Source: Gammaproteobacteria bacterium
GTDB lineage: Bacteria > Pseudomonadota > Gammaproteobacteria > Steroidobacterales > Rariloculaceae
Assembly (NCBI GenBank): GCA_022825505.1
Contig: JAJDWR010000036.1
Coordinates: 6,034 to 70,033, forward strand
DNA length: 64,000 bases
Direction of reading: 5' to 3'
Part shown: positions 46,479-57,247 of the stretch, in pieces
Layout of the letters: every line of letters begins with the position of its first letter
How positions within the stretch are numbered: the first letter of the stretch is position 1
Program-made: the position numbers and the translations under genes
Notes under the pieces: generated by a model
The model's input: the letters and a program-made list of their open reading frames with translations, nothing else
Database searches by the model: none
What the model was told of the DNA's origin: nothing

Positions 46479-47021
46479 TCAGGAACGCTGCGCGGCGAAC
46501 CGGTGTCCCCGCAAAACCAGGTAGTCCAGCCACTTGTTCAGCATCATGTTGTCCTGCCAGCGCCACTCCAGTTCCCTGGACCACGCCGGCGTCGTCGCGG
46601 CAAACATGGGCGAGGTGAGCTGTACCCTGGGCCGCCGCGCCTCCACCAGCCGGGCGTCGTGATAGATATGGACCCATAGATCGGGGTCCGGTATCGACTG
46701 ACCCTGGCAGGCATCGGGCTCGTCCAGCGCGAACAGGTAGGTCAGTTTCAGCGTCGTCGTATAGGGCCGTCGCCGTTTCACCGCCAGATGCAGATCGCAG
46801 TCCTCTTCCGAACAGGAAACCGCCAGTCTCTCGTGGGCATCGGGAAAGGAATCGAACTCGGAGATGAGCTGGGACAGCTTGATGTAATTGCTCTCGTACA
46901 GGGTCATCAGCCCGGTAAAGCTGCCGGGCCGGTAGACGCACTCGGGTACGATCATGCTGTCCGCAATCATCAACTGAGTTCCGAGGTTGTGGCCGTTCAT
47001 GCAGGTGTGAGCATGCCACAA
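46479..47021 (-). CDS. DUF1249 (YqiB-like) protein
   Basis: LMTLYESNYIKLSQL..., PYTTTLKLTY, IYHDARLVE, NKWLDYLVLRGH resemble E. coli YqiB. The start may be internal. Confidence 0.7.
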   Translation of the reverse strand: MWHAHTCMNGHNLGTQLMIADSMIVPECVYRPGSFTGLMTLYESNYIKLSQLISEFDSFPDAHERLAVSCSEEDCDLHLAVKRRRPYTTTLKLTYLFALDEPDACQGQSIPDPDLWVHIYHDARLVEARRPRVQLTSPMFAATTPAWSRELEWRWQDNMMLNKWLDYLVLRGHRFAAQRS

Positions 47022-47128
47022 CGCCGATGGAGGGACTAGTGCCGGCAGCCAGTACCCACTGCCGGGACGCTACGCCGATTTGGGGCGGCAGGTGCGATAC
47101 GCCACATGTGCAGGCAGTGGGGCCCGGT

Positions 47129-47953
47129 TCAGGGGTTGGCGCGGCGTTCTATACCTGTCTCGCTCAGAATCGTACTGGCGATTTCCTCGATCGAGCAGTG
47201 CGTGGTATCGATGAACGGGATGCCGAGCCGCTTGAAAAGACGCTCCGCGCTGCGCAACTCGTAGCTGACCTGCTGCGCGGATGCATAGCGTCCTTCCGGG
47301 CGCCGCTCCAGCCGGATCTGGCGCAGCCGTGACGTCTCGATGGTCAATCCGTACAGCTTGCCGCGAAACCTGCGCAGGATCACCGGCAATTCCCCCGACT
47401 CCAGGTCTTCCTCCGCCAATGGGTAGTTGGCCGCGAAGATGCCGTACTGAAGCGCAAGGTAGAGGCAGGTCGGCGTCTTTCCGGACCTGGACACACCGGT
47501 GAGGATCACGTCGGCGCGATCGTACTGCCGGGTGCCGTGACCGTCATCGGCGTCCATCGCGAAGTTCATCGCGCTGATGCGCATGTCATACCGGGTCACG
47601 TCGGTCATGCCGTGCGCGCGGCCCAGCGTGTGGGATGAACTCATCTGAAGTTCGTCTTCCAGAGGCCCGATAAAGGCGGCGAACAGGTCCAGGACCAGCC
47701 CGTTGCACGCAAGCAGCGGTGACCTCAGTTCCTCCTGCACGAAACTCGTGAATACGATCGGCCGCCAGCCGGTGCGACTGGCATTGCGGTCGATCCGGCG
47801 GGTCAACTCCAACGCCTTGTCAAGGTCATTGACAAATGGCACAGTCACGGTTCGGAATTCGACCCCATCGAACTGTGTGAGCAGACTGTGCCCCAGCGTC
47901 TCGGCAGTCACACCGGTCTGATCCGACACAAAATATACGGTTCGCTCTGCCAT
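47129..47953 (-). CDS. ppsR: PEP synthase regulatory protein (bifunctional kinase/pyrophosphorylase)
   Basis: ATG 47953: [28 protein letters not shown]...; P-loop [10 protein letters not shown]. Divergent from ppsA. Confidence 0.85.
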   Translation of the reverse strand: MAERTVYFVSDQTGVTAETLGHSLLTQFDGVEFRTVTVPFVNDLDKALELTRRIDRNASRTGWRPIVFTSFVQEELRSPLLACNGLVLDLFAAFIGPLEDELQMSSSHTLGRAHGMTDVTRYDMRISAMNFAMDADDGHGTRQYDRADVILTGVSRSGKTPTCLYLALQYGIFAANYPLAEEDLESGELPVILRRFRGKLYGLTIETSRLRQIRLERRPEGRYASAQQVSYELRSAERLFKRLGIPFIDTTHCSIEEIASTILSETGIERRANP

Positions 47954-47972
47954 TGCTGTCCACCGTGGCTCG

Positions 47973-50357
47973 GTGGCACGGGAGTATAGCGTGGAAAAAC
48001 TTGTCCTCAGCCTGGCGGCCAGCGGCCGCGAAGACGTCAGCCGTGTGGGCGGCAAGAACGCGTCGCTGGGCGAGATGATCGGCCATCTGGACAAGCTCGG
48101 TATCCGGGTGCCGGACGGCTTTGCGACCACGTCCCACGCGTTCTCCGAATTCCTCGCCCAGGATGGCCTGGGTGCATCCATCCACCGGCTCCTGGACGAC
48201 CTGGACGTGGACGATACGGCCGCACTTACGCGCACCGGTTCGCAGATCAGGCAGATGATTCTCTCGGCATCGCTTCCCTCTGAGATCAGGGATGCCGTCG
48301 GCACCGCCTGGAAGCAACTGGCCAACGGCGAGGACATCAGCGTCGCGGTCCGCTCCTCCGCCACCGCGGAAGACCTGCCGGAGGCCTCGTTCGCAGGTCA
48401 GCAGGACACGCTGCTCAACGTTTCGGGACTGGACAACGTTCTCGACGCCATTCACCGCATCTACGCGTCGCTTTTCAATGACCGGGCCATCGCCTACCGG
48501 GTTCACCAGCAGTTCGATCACCGCCAGGTCTCGCTGTCGGTGGGTGTGCAGCGCATGGTCCGGGCGGATCTTGCCAGTTCCGGGGTCATGTTCACGCTCG
48601 ATACCGAGTCCGGTTTCCGGGACCTGGTCCTGATCACCTCGAGCTACGGTCTCGGGGAGACGATCGTCCAGGGCGCCGTGAACCCGGACGAGTTCTATGT
48701 GTACAAGCCCGCCCTGGCCGAAGGGCATCACGCCATCGTGCGGCGCAACCTGGGAAGCAAGTCCGTGAAGATGGTTCACGCCGACCGGGGCGAGGAACGC
48801 GTGGTGACGGTGCCCGTGGCCGACGGGGACCGCAGCCGGTTTTCGCTGACGGACGAGGAGATCCACTCGCTCGCCCGGCAGGCCGTGGCCATTGAGAAGC
48901 ACTATGGCCAGCCCATGGATATCGAATGGGGCAAGGACGGCAAGACAGGCGAATTGTTCATCCTGCAGGCGCGGCCGGAAACCGTAAAGAGCCGATCCGG
49001 CGAGACCCTGGTTCGATTCTCCCTCAAGGAACATTCCGAGGTGCTGAGCACCGGCCGCAGTATCGGGCAACGGGTCGGCGCCGGCATTGCCCGTGTCGTC
49101 GCAAGCGTCGAGGAAATGAACCTGATTCAGCCCGGCGACGTGCTGGTGACCGACATGACGGACCCGGACTGGGAACCGGTGATGAAGCGGGCGTCAGCCA
49201 TCGTCACCAATCGCGGCGGGCGCACCTGCCACGCGGCCATCATCGCCCGGGAACTGGGTATTCCCGCCGTCGTGGGCTGCGGTCACGCTACCCGGGAAAT
49301 TCCGGACGGAACGGAAGTCACCGTCTCCTGTGCCGAGGGAGACGAGGGCTTCGTCTACAAGGGCAAGCTGCGATACGAGGAACGCGAAATCCGGCTCGAG
49401 AAACTGCCTGAAATTCCGGTCAAGCTGGCCATGAACGTCGGCAATCCCGACCGGGCCTTCATGTTCGCATCCATCCCCAATCACGGCGTCGGCCTCGCGC
49501 GGCTGGAATTCATCATCAATCGCATGATCGGCGTGCATCCCAAGGCGCTGATCGAGTTCGATCGGCAGGACGCCGGCGTCCAGGAACTCATCGAGGAATA
49601 CATGGCCGGCTACGGCGATCCGGTTTCGTTCTACATTGAGAAACTCAGCGAAGGGATCGGCTCCATCGCCGCGGCCTTCGCGCCTGAACCCGTCATCGTC
49701 CGGCTGTCGGACTTCAAGTCAAACGAGTACGCCAACCTGATCGGCGGCGACCGGTACGAACAGCTGGAGGAAAACCCCATGCTGGGGTTCCGGGGCGCGT
49801 CGAGATACATCGACGAGGAGTTCAAGCCCTGTTTCGAACTCGAGTGCCGCGCCCTGCGCCGTGTACGCAACCGTATGGGGCTTACGAACGTGCAGGTCAT
49901 GGTTCCCTTCGTGCGGACGCTGGCCGAGGCGCGCCAGGTCGTCGACCTGCTGGCCGAAAACGGCCTCGCCCGCGGCGAGGACGGACTGAAACTCATCATG
50001 ATGTGCGAGTTGCCCAGCAATGCCCTGCTCGCCGAGCAGTACCTGGAGTTCTTCGACGGCATGTCGATCGGTTCGAACGACATGACGCAACTCGCCCTGG
50101 GGCTGGATAGGGATTCCGGAAAGATCGCCGCGCTGTTCGATGAGCGGGACGAGGCCGTCAAGCGCCTGCTGGACATGGCCATCAGCGCCTGCCGGGCTCA
50201 GGGCAAGTACGTGGGCATCTGCGGCCAGGGCCCGTCGGATCATCCGGACCTCGCACAATGGCTGCTGGACCGGGGCATCACCAGCCTGTCCCTGAACCCC
50301 GATTCGGTACTCGATACCTGGCTCTACCTGGCCGGGCACGCGCACGTAGCCGACTAG
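47973..50357 (+). CDS. ppsA: Phosphoenolpyruvate synthase
   Basis: [11 protein letters not shown] and [24 protein letters not shown] (phospho-His) motifs, with a C-terminal PEP-utilising domain. Confidence 0.95.
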   Translation: MAREYSVEKLVLSLAASGREDVSRVGGKNASLGEMIGHLDKLGIRVPDGFATTSHAFSEFLAQDGLGASIHRLLDDLDVDDTAALTRTGSQIRQMILSASLPSEIRDAVGTAWKQLANGEDISVAVRSSATAEDLPEASFAGQQDTLLNVSGLDNVLDAIHRIYASLFNDRAIAYRVHQQFDHRQVSLSVGVQRMVRADLASSGVMFTLDTESGFRDLVLITSSYGLGETIVQGAVNPDEFYVYKPALAEGHHAIVRRNLGSKSVKMVHADRGEERVVTVPVADGDRSRFSLTDEEIHSLARQAVAIEKHYGQPMDIEWGKDGKTGELFILQARPETVKSRSGETLVRFSLKEHSEVLSTGRSIGQRVGAGIARVVASVEEMNLIQPGDVLVTDMTDPDWEPVMKRASAIVTNRGGRTCHAAIIARELGIPAVVGCGHATREIPDGTEVTVSCAEGDEGFVYKGKLRYEEREIRLEKLPEIPVKLAMNVGNPDRAFMFASIPNHGVGLARLEFIINRMIGVHPKALIEFDRQDAGVQELIEEYMAGYGDPVSFYIEKLSEGIGSIAAAFAPEPVIVRLSDFKSNEYANLIGGDRYEQLEENPMLGFRGASRYIDEEFKPCFELECRALRRVRNRMGLTNVQVMVPFVRTLAEARQVVDLLAENGLARGEDGLKLIMMCELPSNALLAEQYLEFFDGMSIGSNDMTQLALGLDRDSGKIAALFDERDEAVKRLLDMAISACRAQGKYVGICGQGPSDHPDLAQWLLDRGITSLSLNPDSVLDTWLYLAGHAHVAD

Positions 50358-50896
50358 AAGCCGATCATGTGCTCGCGGTAGTGCTTCAGTTCCCGAATCG
50401 AGTCGTGAATGTCCGCCATGGCCAGGTGCGTGGAGAGTTTCTCGAACGGCTCGAAATGCGCCGGCGCCCATAGCCGTGCGAGTATCTTCAGGGAAGAAAC
50501 ATCGAGATTGCGATAGTGAAAGAACGCGGCCAGTTCGGGCATGTGGCGGATCAGGAATCGCCGGTCCTGGCAAACGCTGTTTCCGCACATGGGTGAATTT
50601 CCCGGGTCCAGGTATTGGCGCAGGAACGCCAGCGTCATCTGTTCGGCCTCTGCCTCGTTGGTTCTGCTGGCTCTGACGCGCTCCGTCAGCCCCGAACTGC
50701 CGTGCTGCCGCGTGCACCACTCGTCCATGGCATCCAGCACCGAGTCGGACTGATGGATCGCGGCGACCGGACCTTCCTCCAGAACCAGCAGATGGCGGTC
50801 GGTCACGACGGTGGCGATCTCGATAATGAAGTCCGTGTCCGGGTCCAGTCCCGTCATTTCAAGATCGATCCAGATCAAGTGATCCCTGGACTTCAC
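50354..50896 (-). CDS. orn: Oligoribonuclease
   Basis: GTG 50896 with GGGAGA upstream gives ~180 aa. [44 protein letters not shown]. Confidence 0.9.
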   Translation of the reverse strand: MKSRDHLIWIDLEMTGLDPDTDFIIEIATVVTDRHLLVLEEGPVAAIHQSDSVLDAMDEWCTRQHGSSGLTERVRASRTNEAEAEQMTLAFLRQYLDPGNSPMCGNSVCQDRRFLIRHMPELAAFFHYRNLDVSSLKILARLWAPAHFEPFEKLSTHLAMADIHDSIRELKHYREHMIGF

Positions 50897-51050
50897 GGCA
50901 ACCGTCTCCCTGTCCCCCGATCCGGCGTTCGCCGGTACCTTGGCATTGTAGCAGGCGCGGCGCGGAAGGCTGCGGAGCAACGCGCCCCGGCAGAGAACTG
51001 CCCCGAACCGAACCGCTCAGCGCATTCTGCTGGTTCCGGCGCCGGCAACA

Positions 51051-51932
51051 ATGGCTGATACCGGCCTCGTCGTCGCCCGCTTCAGACGCCATGCGCTGGT
51101 GGAGAGCCGGGCCGGCGACGTGTACGACTGCCGGATTCTGGGCCGCCGTCTGCGCCCGGTGGTCGGCGACAACGTGGAATGGCGCCGCGAGCGCGACGGA
51201 ACCTGTGTCGTCCGGGCCGTTAAGTCGCGGGAATCCACGCTTCGGCGAACCGACTCCCGCGGGCGCCCGGAGGCCGTCGCGGCCAACCTTTCCCAACTCA
51301 TCGTGGTGCTGGCGCCGCACCCCGAGCCCGACTGGTTCCTGCTGGACAGGTACCTCTGCGCGGCTGAACTGACGGGACTCAAGGCGGCCGTCGCCTACAA
51401 CAAGATGGACCTGGTGAACAGCGAGCCGAACTCGCTGGAAGTGTATGGCGCAGTCGGTTACAGCGTCGTGCAGACCAGCGCGGTGGACAGGACCGGGCTC
51501 GACGGGCTGGAGCAGCTTCTGGACGGAGAACGGAGTGCCCTCATCGGACAGTCGGGCGTCGGCAAGTCCTCGCTCTTCAATGCACTTCTCGGGGGGGAGG
51601 TACAACGGGTGGGCCGGCTCTCCGGAAAGCTCCTCCAGGGACGCCACACCACGACAACCTCCGTGTTACACCGCCATCCGGGCGGCGGCGAGATCATCGA
51701 CTCACCGGGTGTGCGCAACTTTGCGCCCTTCATCGAACGCCCCGGGGACGTGCAGTTCGGTTTCCGCGAATTCATCAGCCGCCGCGAAGGTTGCCGGTTT
51801 GACGACTGTACGCACCGCGCCGAACCGGATTGCGCCGTCAAGGCGGCGCTGGAAGACGGCGCGATCGACCGCGGGCGCTACGAGAACTACGGGAAACTTT
51901 ACGAGCTAACGGCTTCTGCGCGCGAGTATTGA
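51051..51932 (+). CDS. rsgA: Ribosome small-subunit-dependent GTPase A
   Basis: NKMDL, GQSGVGKSSLFNAL, and a C-terminal Zn motif CRFDDCTHRAEPDC. Confidence 0.9.
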   Translation: MADTGLVVARFRRHALVESRAGDVYDCRILGRRLRPVVGDNVEWRRERDGTCVVRAVKSRESTLRRTDSRGRPEAVAANLSQLIVVLAPHPEPDWFLLDRYLCAAELTGLKAAVAYNKMDLVNSEPNSLEVYGAVGYSVVQTSAVDRTGLDGLEQLLDGERSALIGQSGVGKSSLFNALLGGEVQRVGRLSGKLLQGRHTTTTSVLHRHPGGGEIIDSPGVRNFAPFIERPGDVQFGFREFISRREGCRFDDCTHRAEPDCAVKAALEDGAIDRGRYENYGKLYELTASAREY

Positions 51933-51938
51933 GGCGAC

Positions 51939-52286
51939 CTACCCAAGCCCTGCCTTCATCTGCCGCCCGCCCAGCAAGTGCATGTGAACGTGGTAGATGA
52001 CCTGCCCGCCTTCAGGGTTGGTGTTGATGACCACCCGATAGCCCGGCAGATCGTGCTCCTTCGCCAACAACCTGGCCACCAGGAACAGCCGGCCGACCAT
52101 CCCGGCATGCTCGGGCTCAAGGTCGTTCAGCGTCGCGAGGTGGATCTTCGGTATGAGGAGTGCGTGGAACGGCGCCTGGGGGTTGATATCGCGAAACGCC
52201 AGTATCTCGTCGTCCTCGTAGAGGCGCTCGCAGGGAATCTCTCCGGCCACGATCTTGCAGAACAGGCAATCGGGATCAACGCTCAA
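51939..52286 (-). CDS. HIT-family (HinT-like) nucleotide-binding protein
   Basis: CLFCKIVAGEIP and HVHMHLLGG histidine triad. Confidence 0.85.
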   Translation of the reverse strand: MSVDPDCLFCKIVAGEIPCERLYEDDEILAFRDINPQAPFHALLIPKIHLATLNDLEPEHAGMVGRLFLVARLLAKEHDLPGYRVVINTNPEGGQVIYHVHMHLLGGRQMKAGLG

Positions 52287-52338
52287 TTCGAGTCTCCGGA
52301 TTGCCTTGAGTGTTGGTGGTCGTGCACTTCAGGCCACC

Positions 52339-52953
52339 CTACTCCTCCAGCCCGATCGTCCGCCGGCCGGATAACGCTCGAGACAAGGTGCCGCTGTCGA
52401 TAAATTCCAGTTCGCCGCCCACCGGGACGCCGTAGGCAATCCGGCTGGCTCCGATGCCGCGTTTGCGCGCCATGGTAGCCACCAGGTGCGCGGTGGCGTC
52501 TCCTTCCACGGTGACGCTGGTGGCCAGGATTACTTCAGTCACGCCATCGTCGGCAAAGCGCTCTTCCAGGAGATCGAGCCCGAGTTCCGTGGGACCGATC
52601 CCGTCCAGCGGGGACAGGTGGCCCATCAGGACGAAGTAGCGGCCGGAATAGGCGGCGGACTGCTCGATGGCCATTACGTCGGCCGGCGTTTCCACCACGC
52701 AGAGCTGGCTGACGTCCCGGCGTGCGCTGGTACAGAACGAGCACTCGTCCTCCTCGGTGAACATGCGGCAGCGCCGGCAATGCTTGATTCGCCTGGCTGC
52801 ATCCTCCAGCGAGCGGGCGAGGTTGACGGCGCCGGTCCGGTTTTTGTCAAGAAGATAGAACGCCATCCGCTGGGCGCTCTTCGCGCCCACGCCCGGCAGG
52901 CACTTGAGGGCGTCGATGAGTTGCGCCAGCAGCGGAGAGTACGCCAGAGACAT
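52339..52953 (-). CDS. recR: Recombination protein RecR
   Basis: [21 protein letters not shown], a C4 zinc finger, and a Toprim domain. Collinear with E. coli RecR. Confidence 0.95.
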   Translation of the reverse strand: MSLAYSPLLAQLIDALKCLPGVGAKSAQRMAFYLLDKNRTGAVNLARSLEDAARRIKHCRRCRMFTEEDECSFCTSARRDVSQLCVVETPADVMAIEQSAAYSGRYFVLMGHLSPLDGIGPTELGLDLLEERFADDGVTEVILATSVTVEGDATAHLVATMARKRGIGASRIAYGVPVGGELEFIDSGTLSRALSGRRTIGLEE

Positions 52954-53270
52954 CAGAACGGGAGTTTCATTCCAGGTGGCATCATGCCGCCGGTGACGTT
53001 CGACATCTGGTCTTTCACCGTGCGCTCGACCTTCTTGAGCGCGTCATTGAAGGCCGCCTTGATCAGGTCCTCCAGCATCGATTTCCGCTCACCGACCAGG
53101 CTGTCCTCGATTTCCAGCCGGCGTACGCGGTGGTTGCAGGTCATGACGATCCTGACCATGCCTCCGCCCGCTTCGCCCTGCACTTCCAGGGATGCGAGTT
53201 GCTTCTGGACCTTGCGCATCTCGCCGCGCATCTGATTGGCCTGCTTTACGAGGTCAAACATGTCTTTCAT
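52953..53270 (-). CDS. ybaB: Nucleoid-associated protein YbaB/EbfC
   Basis: ATG 53270: [25 protein letters not shown]. The stop overlaps the recR start (TGATG). Confidence 0.9.
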   Translation of the reverse strand: MKDMFDLVKQANQMRGEMRKVQKQLASLEVQGEAGGGMVRIVMTCNHRVRRLEIEDSLVGERKSMLEDLIKAAFNDALKKVERTVKDQMSNVTGGMMPPGMKLPF

Positions 53271-53342
53271 GCTGCTGTTCTCCAGCCGGGTTGTTTCACG
53301 TGTTCCGTGCTGCCGATGCCGCACCTGTGGTTCGAATCCTCG

Positions 53343-55109
53343 TCAAGCCTGCTCGGTCTCAAGCGGTTGAATGCTGTCGACTTCAAGCACCGCATCGAAA
53401 CTGGCTTGAAGCGACTTCACAACGGGATCGCCTTCGATGGAGGCACGCGCCTTGCGCATACGCTCGGATTCGCCCTTGGCACGGATCTGGGCAGGCGTCG
53501 CGCCCGGAGGTTCTCCGACTTCGATCGCCACTGCGACCCGGCCCGAAAACTGCTTTCGAAGCTGTTCCAGCAGTCGAGTCCTGACACGCTCGGTGTTCAG
53601 GTGCGCATTGTCGGAGGCCAGCACCAGTTTAAGGCCATCGGCCGAACTATCCTTGACCGCGCAGTGCTCGGCCAACTGGCGGGGCGCCCCGGTGATGCCG
53701 GACACGCTGATGAATTCGTGCCAGGTGTCGGGGCCGGGGACTTTTGCTTCGGCCTTAGGCTGCTGGGCAGCTTGTTGACCTTCAGCAGGCCCCGGAGATT
53801 TGCCGCGAGCAGCAGATGGCTTTGGACCGACGGATGGAGTACCAGACGGCTTGGGCGCAGCAGTGCGCGTGCCCGACGCCCCGCCACGAGCGGCGGCAGT
53901 GCTCGACGAGCCTGCAGGGGTGGCGGCAGGCCGGCGTGGCTGCGCACTGGCCCGGCTGACTGCTGCCGCTCCCTTGCTACCGCCCTCGCGGGCTGATCGA
54001 GGCGTTGCCTGCGACTGCGGCTCCTGTTCGGTGACCGGCCGGAACGCCAGCATCCGCAGCAGCGTCATTTCGAAGGAGGCGCGATAGTCCCGCGAGACAT
54101 ACAGGTCCCGGCGTCCCTGCCCCGCGATCTCGTAATAGAGCTGCACGTCTTCCGGCGACAGCGCAGAAGCCAGTTCCGGCAATTCCCGGGCTTCCTCATC
54201 GTCGGTATCGGCGCCTACCAGTTGCAAAACCGCGATCCGTTGCAGGACGCCCCTCAGTTCATCCAACACTGCGCCATAGTCCGGCGCCATTTCATCCAGC
54301 TCGGCCACTTCGTTCATCAGGGCCGACCCATCCTGAGCCGCGAGCGCCTGGACGAACCGGATCACATGCTGCCGGTCGATGCTGCCGAGCATGGAACTAA
54401 CCGCTTCTGCGGTCACGTCGCCGGCGCTGAAGGCGATCGCCTGATCCAGCAGGCTCAGCCCGTCCCGCATGCTGCCGTCCGCGGCCCGGGCCAGCGCTTT
54501 CAGGGCATCCGCCTCCGCTTCGAACTCTTCCGCCTCGCGGATTTTCTCCAGTTGCTGGCCGATCTCCGCCACCGTCAGCCGCTTGAGATTGAACTGCAGG
54601 CAGCGGGACAGTACCGTCACCGGCAACTTCTGGGGATCCGTGGTCGCCAGCAGGAACTTGATGTGCGGGGGCGGCTCCTCCAGCGTCTTGAGCAGCGCAT
54701 TGAAGGAGTGATTCGACAGCATGTGCACCTCGTCGATGAGGTACACCTTGAATCGCCCCTGGGCCGGCGTGTACTGGGTGTTCTCCATCAACTCCCGGGT
54801 ATCGTCCACCCGGGTACGCGACGCGGCATCCACTTCGATGAGATCCACGAAGCGCCCATCGTCGATCGCGGTGCACGCTTCACAGTCCCCGCAAGGCTCC
54901 GCGACGATGCCCTCCTCGCAATTCAGGGCCTTGGCGAGAATGCGGGCCAGCGTGGTCTTGCCGACGCCGCGGGTGCCCGCGAACAGGTAGGCGTGGTGGA
55001 GACGCTCCGCGGCCAGCGAGTTCACCAGCGCCTTGACCACGTGCTGTTGGCCAACCATCTCCCCGAAGCGCCGCGGCCGCCATTTCCGCGCAAGAACCGT
55101 ATAGCTCAT
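53343..55109 (-). CDS. dnaX: DNA polymerase III subunit gamma/tau
   Basis: ATG 55109: MSYTVLARKWRPRRFGEMVGQQHV, GTRGVGKTT, C4 Zn module CGDCEAC. Confidence 0.95.
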   Translation of the reverse strand: MSYTVLARKWRPRRFGEMVGQQHVVKALVNSLAAERLHHAYLFAGTRGVGKTTLARILAKALNCEEGIVAEPCGDCEACTAIDDGRFVDLIEVDAASRTRVDDTRELMENTQYTPAQGRFKVYLIDEVHMLSNHSFNALLKTLEEPPPHIKFLLATTDPQKLPVTVLSRCLQFNLKRLTVAEIGQQLEKIREAEEFEAEADALKALARAADGSMRDGLSLLDQAIAFSAGDVTAEAVSSMLGSIDRQHVIRFVQALAAQDGSALMNEVAELDEMAPDYGAVLDELRGVLQRIAVLQLVGADTDDEEARELPELASALSPEDVQLYYEIAGQGRRDLYVSRDYRASFEMTLLRMLAFRPVTEQEPQSQATPRSAREGGSKGAAAVSRASAQPRRPAATPAGSSSTAAARGGASGTRTAAPKPSGTPSVGPKPSAARGKSPGPAEGQQAAQQPKAEAKVPGPDTWHEFISVSGITGAPRQLAEHCAVKDSSADGLKLVLASDNAHLNTERVRTRLLEQLRKQFSGRVAVAIEVGEPPGATPAQIRAKGESERMRKARASIEGDPVVKSLQASFDAVLEVDSIQPLETEQA

Positions 55110-55265
55110 GAGTAGCGAGCAGCCTCCAATCGCAATTCCAGGACCAACGCACAGCCCGAAACAGAATCGCAAAGCATCGCTATTGCGGGGGCGCCCCTTC
55201 GATCAAGGGATTATAATCAGCCTGCCTCGGCGGGGCGATGCATTCTTGCCCCCGATTCCTCACGC

Positions 55266-55356
55266 GGAGAGGTGGCCGAGTGGACGAAGGCGCTTGATTG
55301 GAGTTCAAGTAGGCGGTTATACCGTCTCGTGGGTTCGAATCCCACCCTCTCCGCCA
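55266..55356 (+). tRNA. tRNA-Ser (anticodon GGA), CCA encoded
   Basis: Hand fold. Acceptor GGAGAGG/CCTCTCC. Anticodon stem CTTGA/TCAAG with loop TTGGAGT. Long variable arm. T-arm GTGGG-TTCGAAT-CCCAC. Discriminator G + CCA. Confidence 0.9.
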
Positions 55357-55406
55357 ATTACTTTTTGTAACATATTGATAAATATCAATAAAAAAAGGAG
55401 GTCACG

Positions 55407-56672
55407 ATGATCAGGAACGGAGCGTTATCCATCGTCGCGGGCCTGTTCGGCACCTTGGTGTATTTCACCGGGTCCGCCGGAGAGGCGCAGGTCGTGGAGG
55501 GTCAGGCTGTCGATGCGAATGGCGCACCTCAGTACATCGTCGATCCGTTCTGGCCGAAGCCGCTGCCGAACCAGTGGAGCATGCAGCAGGTCACGGGCAT
55601 TCACGTCGACCACATGGACCATATCTGGTTCATCAACCGGGGAAGAGCCGCCCTGCCGATCGAACTGGCGGGGGAACTCGGGCCGGGAGCGGCGCTGTGC
55701 TGCGTGCGCGGGCCGGAAATAATCGAGCTTGATCAGGAGGGCAACGTCCTCAGTGCCTGGGGAGGCCCTGGATATCATCCGCTGTGGCCGACGTACCCCC
55801 AGACCGTCATTGCCGACAGTAACGGGTTCGTCTGGATCGGGGGCGAGGCGGCGCAGGACAGTATCCTGAAGTTCACGCGCGACGGCGAGTTTGTCTGGGA
55901 CTTTGGTCGCAGGCCGCCGAGACTCGGTACCGAGGCCGACCTCCGAACCAACCAAACGCCGCAGAACAACCAGGACGTCGACGAAATCGTGAACGTCGGA
56001 CGTTTTCAGCTCGACGAGGTCGACAACGAGATCTACATCATCGATCAGAAGCGCGTCACCGTATACGACGCATCATCCGGCGAGTTCAAACGTGGCTGGG
56101 GCGGGCACGGGATGCCGTTGAGCGAGATCTCCAACGAGCCGATTCCCGGCTATGAGTGGACCGGTGAACCACCGCCCGAGGAAGAGCAGTTCGCGCCGAC
56201 GCTGCATTTTATCGAGATCTCGGATGACCGGCGCGTCTACGTCGGCGAGCGTGGTCAAAACCGGATCCAGGTATTTACTACGCAAGGGGAGTGGTTGCAG
56301 GACATATACGTCTCGCCGAATACGCCTGCGCAACGAGGCGGATGCGCTGGTATGCGCGAAGCCTCCCCGAATCCCATGCCCGTCGGAACCTTCTACGCCT
56401 CGATCTGCGGCAGCATGTACAAGATGGTGATTTCCAGGGATCCGGAGCAGCAGTATTTGTTCGTTGCAGACGCGCATAACGACGTCGTCTGGATCGTTGA
56501 CCGTGAGAGCGGCGAGACGCTGGGCTACTTCGGCAGGAACGGACGCCTCGCTGGTCAGTTTCACTTCGCCAACGCAATCGGCATCGATACGCACGGCAAT
56601 ATCTTCGTCGGCGAAGTCGACACCGCCAAACGGATTCAGAAGTTTGCCCCGGTCATGACGGGCGGGGGCTAG
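55407..56672 (+). CDS. Secreted NHL-repeat beta-propeller protein (paralog of 39360..40400)
   Basis: AGGAGG upstream. VDPFWPKPLPNQW. RVYVGERGQNRIQVFT. GNIFVGEVDTAKRIQKFAP. Confidence 0.65.
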   Translation: MIRNGALSIVAGLFGTLVYFTGSAGEAQVVEGQAVDANGAPQYIVDPFWPKPLPNQWSMQQVTGIHVDHMDHIWFINRGRAALPIELAGELGPGAALCCVRGPEIIELDQEGNVLSAWGGPGYHPLWPTYPQTVIADSNGFVWIGGEAAQDSILKFTRDGEFVWDFGRRPPRLGTEADLRTNQTPQNNQDVDEIVNVGRFQLDEVDNEIYIIDQKRVTVYDASSGEFKRGWGGHGMPLSEISNEPIPGYEWTGEPPPEEEQFAPTLHFIEISDDRRVYVGERGQNRIQVFTTQGEWLQDIYVSPNTPAQRGGCAGMREASPNPMPVGTFYASICGSMYKMVISRDPEQQYLFVADAHNDVVWIVDRESGETLGYFGRNGRLAGQFHFANAIGIDTHGNIFVGEVDTAKRIQKFAPVMTGGG

Positions 56673-56764
56673 GCTGGGTGCATTCGGCGGGGGTTTCGAT
56701 GGCCACGGCGCGCATTCCGACATGAACGCTGCCCAACCAATCGTCGAGCATCGATCCCATCGGC

Positions 56765-57091
56765 CTACTGCTCGCCCTCGTCATCGATCAAGTCCTCAAA
56801 CCACGGTGCTTCCGGGCCGCTCTGTGCGTCGGGATCGGACTGACCACGAACGAGCGAATTGACCAGGCCCGTCGCGTGACGAGGGACGAGTATCAGGTCG
56901 TAGTTGAGCGCCCACACAATTTCAAGAAGGGTGTCGAATCGCGGGACGATTTTACCCGTCTCGATGTTGGAAACGTGCTTCTGCGTCAACCCCGCATCGC
57001 GGGCGATGTCGGACTGGCTCCGACCCTGTGCTTTTCGGGCCTGTCGAATTGCGATGCGCAGTTTTTGGGGAAGTTGTCCGTGATGCTCCAC
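56765..57091 (-). CDS. XRE-family helix-turn-helix transcriptional regulator
   Basis: GTG start. IRQARKAQGRSQSDIARDAGLTQKHVSNIETGKIVPRFDTLLEIVWAL. Confidence 0.8.
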   Translation of the reverse strand: MEHHGQLPQKLRIAIRQARKAQGRSQSDIARDAGLTQKHVSNIETGKIVPRFDTLLEIVWALNYDLILVPRHATGLVNSLVRGQSDPDAQSGPEAPWFEDLIDDEGEQ

Positions 57092-57101
57092 GGTAGTATT
57101 C

Positions 57102-57145
57102 CCTTTAATACCTAGATTCGTCAGAATATGCCTTTTTATACCTAC
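57102..57145. promoter_or_regulatory. Direct repeats upstream of the XRE gene (candidate operator)
   Basis: CCTTTAATACCTA (57102..) and CCTTTTTATACCTA (57131..), ~29 nt apart, start 11 nt upstream of the XRE start codon. Confidence 0.3.
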
Positions 57146-57247
57146 TCGTCAAAGAGCGCCAGTCTGAGTCCGATTGGACGAGGGCGCTAGGCGAAGTCGA
57201 TCAGTGACTGTTCGAAAGGCGGGTCGCGGCGGTCGTGGAAAACCCGA

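Noticed and set aside
47954-48364. N-terminal extension of the ppsR ORF (411-aa version)
   Set aside because: It runs antisense through the start of ppsA with low-complexity Ser/Arg/Ala composition. PpsR homologs are ~270 aa and start at [14 protein letters not shown].
53343-55109. Programmed -1 frameshift site in dnaX (A AAA AAG type)
   Set aside because: I did not find a slippery heptamer on the coding strand by eye, so I cannot claim it.
55375-55388. Palindrome TTGATA-AA-TATCAA between the tRNA and the NHL gene, as a Fur-box-like site
   Set aside because: It has only 6-bp arms in a generally AT-rich spacer, and its resemblance to the Fur consensus is weak. It could simply be promoter or terminator context.
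55357-56764. Integrase or att repeat expected next to tRNA-Ser
   Set aside because: The first gene after the tRNA is an NHL propeller paralog. I spotted no tyrosine-recombinase motifs in any track ORF and no second copy of the tRNA 3' end.
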